Positions 36,101 through 38,365 of a stretch of 38,365 nucleotides of DNA are shown here, one piece after another. The stretch is from a virus. The notes beneath the pieces are model-generated. The model searched no databases and was not told the origin of the DNA. It was given only the letters and a program-made list of their open reading frames with translations. Both the position numbers and the translations under genes were made by a program. The number at the start of each line of letters is the position of its first letter. Position 1 is the stretch's first letter. The stretch lies in UHGV virus genome UHGV-0208091, one strand, 5' to 3'.

Positions 36101-36197
36101 CCCGTCTGATGACTGTACTTGCCAGGTCACAGCCCCGGAATATAAAGAAATCTTTTACGCATACGACGACGCTACATACCCTGGCGACGTAGCTTAG
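33114..36197 (+). CDS. tail tip / host specificity protein (lambda J-like, possibly I-J fusion)
   Basis: 1027 aa; N-terminal hydrophobic segment, acidic run DTDDGDDDDEDD; position. Confidence 0.7.
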   Translation: MTIRIYPSRLPGEPLETHEHGNITLHQWMVRNVPGYSQDRSHPVAVELNGRTLPPDEWPLCQLSPDSDVRIYPVPYGTGLEIAVWVSVAISAASAAYSLFFGPKVDLGGYSSGSGRSLELNPAKANTAKLGDPIREVFGRCRIYPDYLVQPVTRFDPDDPTRMTVEMFLCVGQGRFSFTGGDKRIGETPAASLGDGFSDKVYQPGEDVSSDPRSENWFNSTEVGGTSSGTGLDMAQTSPDSDDIIADSMTVSGASVTFTGLDTDDGDDDDEDDNSLPDSWITGAIVEIKAPTNYLISTSSGYSVFASSLLTELAPVAGMPVTLSFNSVDYDLVIASYTPGQDAVPGEGGSAAKIQASAAPVTYDFSNSSSTFMITWQGTTYTVSLVANYISMSGLLAAITEGLTGSGLVARDNGGTVLITEAASPFVGGAITSSSLPAAVFGDAPVYTSGTASTGGSPAVTANVTLAYNSTTGTAFSGMPEGVQRLSLAHRGNEYQIVSADGTTATVVRLVNGSVDESWPGFTARTMIDYEATGLNDTLSWLGPFLVCPENETVDMFEVNFSFPNGICGFDSKGKKRIRHVEWEIQYRVYGSGSGWVSHQGEYALKNINGLGFTERITLSSPGLVEVRCRRRNEQGSNNSRDNMYWQALRGRLLARPVSYSGVTTWAITVETGGKLAAQSDRRVSVVATREYEGGGNRTISGAFRHVANSLGFNANQLDTSAINALETAWWTPRGEYFDYEASSDSASAKDIFDKITEAGMSYFLLSDGLLSAGREGIKTWTGIITPQDTVEEMQTSFRAPSDDDYDGVDVTYINPVTWAEEIVQCRTADNPVPRKVESYSLGIVMTADRAYRIGMRRLMKYLHQRRTYECTTELLGWCYQFGDHIILSDDIPTGKTISCLIEGVTFDDEVITLTVTELLDWSYANPRCWIQFQGGRPSTRLLTPTRVDDFTLTIPYNDDLHPEDWIMDDPDVELPRLLFCDSEKGARHGIVQEIVPSDDCTCQVTAPEYKEIFYAYDDATYPGDVA

Positions 36198-36218
36198 CAA
36201 TTTCAAAAAAATCAATTC

Positions 36219-36246
36219 ACCCGCTTCGGCGGGTTTTTTCATTTTT
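36219..36246 (+). terminator. rho-independent terminator after J-like gene
   Basis: ACCCGC-TTCG-GCGGGT then TTTTTCATTTTT. Confidence 0.6.
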
Positions 36247-36258
36247 GGAGCACAATGT

Positions 36259-38364
36259 ATGGCCAACATCGAAAAACTTGGCTCGTCATCACCAGAGGTA
36301 TTGCTTAAGAATGCAACTAACCTCGATAAGTTAGTCAATGGCCGGGAATCGGAATCATTACCTGATCGCTTTGGTGTACTGCGCAAAACCTGGCACGGCA
36401 TGGAGATGATCTTCAACCGTTTTATAGACTACATCACTGGTCGCGGCGAGCAGGCAGTTGCAGCTATCGGCTGGCAGGAGCTTGGCAACTGGGCTGTTGG
36501 TCTGGCTGTAGATAATCGCCAGCAGATCGTCTACTACAATGGCTCCTGGTACAAATACCTTGGTGAGCTTGAACACGTCATTGCCGGAGATTCTCCTGAG
36601 AACGATGGCGGTGTGTGGTCGGCTGCAAACCCCACAGGGAAATGGTCGAACATCGGTGACGCGGCTCTTCGCTCAAACCTGGGTTCAGGCGAAGAGGGGG
36701 TGGGGGATGCGTTACTTGCTGTCAAACAACCATACACAGGGGCTGTAGCCAGGACTCAGCACGACAAAAACTGGGACAGTATTAACCTTCTGGATTTTGT
36801 ATACGCCACGGACGTTGTAGATGGTTTTGTTGATTATGGTCTTGGGCTTAACCGCGCCATTGCCGCTATGAGTTCTTTAGGTTCAACCAGCGTAGAGCAT
36901 ATTCCCAGACGCAGAATCAATCTCCCCGCAGGTCTGCTGCACATCAAAACGAAAGTCGAACTTTCTTTTGGCCCCTTCGCAATGTGCGGCGAGGGGATAT
37001 TCCAGACCATCTTTGCTATACATCCCAGCGCAGCTTCAGATGATGATTATCTGTTTGACTTCAGCTCAGCCGGCTGGGATTCAACAGGAAGGGTCAGAAT
37101 ATCCGAACTTTATCTGAGTAACTTCTCAGTGCTTGGGGAAACTGCGAGCTGGATTCGTAAAAGAATCTTTAAATTCTACGGCGTCGGCTGGGATTTTGCG
37201 ATAGAGAACGTGCAGGTCTGGTCGCCTCCACTTTCGTCATTCGATATGACGGATGTCATGGACGGGGTATTTAATCAGGTGAGGATAAACTCCGGAGGCC
37301 GGTTCCTCACTGCAGGTTCAGAAGTAACGCATCAGATTAACATGCTGAATCAGTATGATAACTGTAATGCAATAAGATACATGAGCTGCCATTTTGAAAA
37401 CAACTATTCAGGCGTCTCTTATATTCGTGGTGGGTCAAACAACATTCTCTTTGGCGGAATGTGTAAATTTGAAAATAACAGCAGAAACAACCTTGTTCCT
37501 GTTAACCAGATTTACGGGTCCACCTCAGATAGTGTCAAATTTGAAAATATCTTCGTAAGCCACCCGGCCCATATCACAGTTTACTGGCTGGACAGCAATG
37601 GCCGCCACGTATCAATTCGCGGAGGCTCACTTATGAGCCCGTCGGATTTAGGTGGATATACCGGTCTGAGGTGGTTCCGCATCCACCGTACAAACTGGGC
37701 GAGTGCGACTGCGTGCGTTCAGCTGGTCGCTGATATTGACATGATGCATGTGGACGGGTACGGATATAACGGGGCGAATCAGCTCTCACCGTTTGATTTT
37801 GAGGGCGAGGTTATTTTCCGGGCAAAGGCTATTCGCCTGGCGCGACCAAATACCTTCATGTACATCAACTGGAACTGCAAAATTGATATTGAAAATCTGA
37901 CGCTGTTAGGTGCTGTTACCAGCGATTATCAGACCTCACTGTTTAATGTTGCCGCGTCATCAGTAAAGGCAGACGTAAACGTTGATAAATATAACGGCAG
38001 CGTTGTTGGAACTGTTTATGTCAATCCAGCAATGACCACCGCATCGCGCCGGCAGTCAATAATCAATGTGAGGGGTAAATCACTTCAGTCTTCATCACTG
38101 ACGCTCTCTGAGGGTACAGACCCTCTTGGTTATGATGAGTCCTGGACGTGGAATGCCTCGGGAAATGTAGCCAACATCGGATACTGCCATACAGGGAAGC
38201 GAATGGTTGTCAGATGTGCAGACACATCAAATTGCCTGATTGTCGGCGGTAATATTTTCCTTCCGGGTGGTGCGGTAACGGCTGCATGTACGATAACCCT
38301 GATGGCGATGAACACATCGTTCCGTCAGGGCTGGGTCGAAGTTTCACGGGTAGCAGGAGTCTAA
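36259..38364 (+). CDS. tailspike: N-terminal anchor (aa 1-141) + C-terminal right-handed beta-helix enzymatic domain (orientation 1 of invertible segment)
   Basis: 701 aa; beta-helix-like Asn/Gly-rich repeats; contains crossover site at codons 137-145. Confidence 0.8.
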   Translation: MANIEKLGSSSPEVLLKNATNLDKLVNGRESESLPDRFGVLRKTWHGMEMIFNRFIDYITGRGEQAVAAIGWQELGNWAVGLAVDNRQQIVYYNGSWYKYLGELEHVIAGDSPENDGGVWSAANPTGKWSNIGDAALRSNLGSGEEGVGDALLAVKQPYTGAVARTQHDKNWDSINLLDFVYATDVVDGFVDYGLGLNRAIAAMSSLGSTSVEHIPRRRINLPAGLLHIKTKVELSFGPFAMCGEGIFQTIFAIHPSAASDDDYLFDFSSAGWDSTGRVRISELYLSNFSVLGETASWIRKRIFKFYGVGWDFAIENVQVWSPPLSSFDMTDVMDGVFNQVRINSGGRFLTAGSEVTHQINMLNQYDNCNAIRYMSCHFENNYSGVSYIRGGSNNILFGGMCKFENNSRNNLVPVNQIYGSTSDSVKFENIFVSHPAHITVYWLDSNGRHVSIRGGSLMSPSDLGGYTGLRWFRIHRTNWASATACVQLVADIDMMHVDGYGYNGANQLSPFDFEGEVIFRAKAIRLARPNTFMYINWNCKIDIENLTLLGAVTSDYQTSLFNVAASSVKADVNVDKYNGSVVGTVYVNPAMTTASRRQSIINVRGKSLQSSSLTLSEGTDPLGYDESWTWNASGNVANIGYCHTGKRMVVRCADTSNCLIVGGNIFLPGGAVTAACTITLMAMNTSFRQGWVEVSRVAGV
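36668..36693. other. gix/hix-like crossover site (left), TTCGCTCAAACC-TG-GGTTCAGGCGAA, inverted relative to 2225-2250
   Basis: 24/26 identical to reverse complement of 2225-2250, identical central dinucleotide, in identical codon phase. Confidence 0.8.
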
Positions 38365-38365
38365 A

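Noticed and set aside
1-38365. Search for tRNA, rRNA, IS elements, host flanking genes
   Set aside because: No tRNA-like T-arm/anticodon structures, no rRNA, no transposase or host housekeeping genes. The whole window is phage.

Overview
This window looks like a complete, circularly permuted genome of a temperate lambdoid siphovirus from an enterobacterial host (HK97-type head and packaging, lambda-like tail, about 38.4 kb). It is arranged like lambda itself. Gene order on the + strand, plus the immunity region:
- cI repressor with palindromic operators, and cro.
- SF2 helicase plus zinc-ribbon/TOPRIM primase.
- A Q-like zinc-finger protein with a PR'-like promoter and short-leader terminator.
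- Lysis genes: holin, GH108 endolysin, a membrane protein, and overlapping i-/o-spanins.
- A small-gene moron island and a roughly 400-nt noncoding stretch.
- HNH endonuclease, P27-family TerS, TerL, HK97-family portal, ClpP-like prohead protease, major capsid, connector and closure proteins.
- Ig-domain major tail protein, G/T chaperones, an AT-rich lipoprotein moron, tape measure, minor tail proteins, a J-like tip protein and a 701-aa beta-helix tailspike.

On the - strand sit a tyrosine integrase with a candidate attP, an Xis-like gene, a Rha-family regulator and a run of unknown early-left genes.

The most notable feature is a Hin/Gin-family DNA invertase (2294-2845). Its two 26-bp crossover sites lie at 2225-2250 and, in inverted orientation, at 36668-36693 inside the tailspike gene, exactly at the boundary between the N-terminal anchor and the enzymatic domain. 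The roughly 3.9-kb invertible segment wraps across the window ends. The RBS for ORF 1-270 sits at 38355-38359, which supports the two ends being contiguous. Inversion would swap the tailspike's C-terminal beta-helix domain for a promoterless, unrelated 554-aa beta-helix cassette (572-2236, - strand), precisely in frame.

Other observations:
- A three-copy family of about 40-nt hairpins with a conserved outer stem and a co-varying inner stem.
- Perfect 15-bp operator palindromes.
- A candidate programmed -1 frameshift in the tail chaperones.
- G-tract motifs shared between attP and the presumed origin region.
- Several low-GC morons.

No rRNA, tRNA, CRISPR array or IS element is evident.
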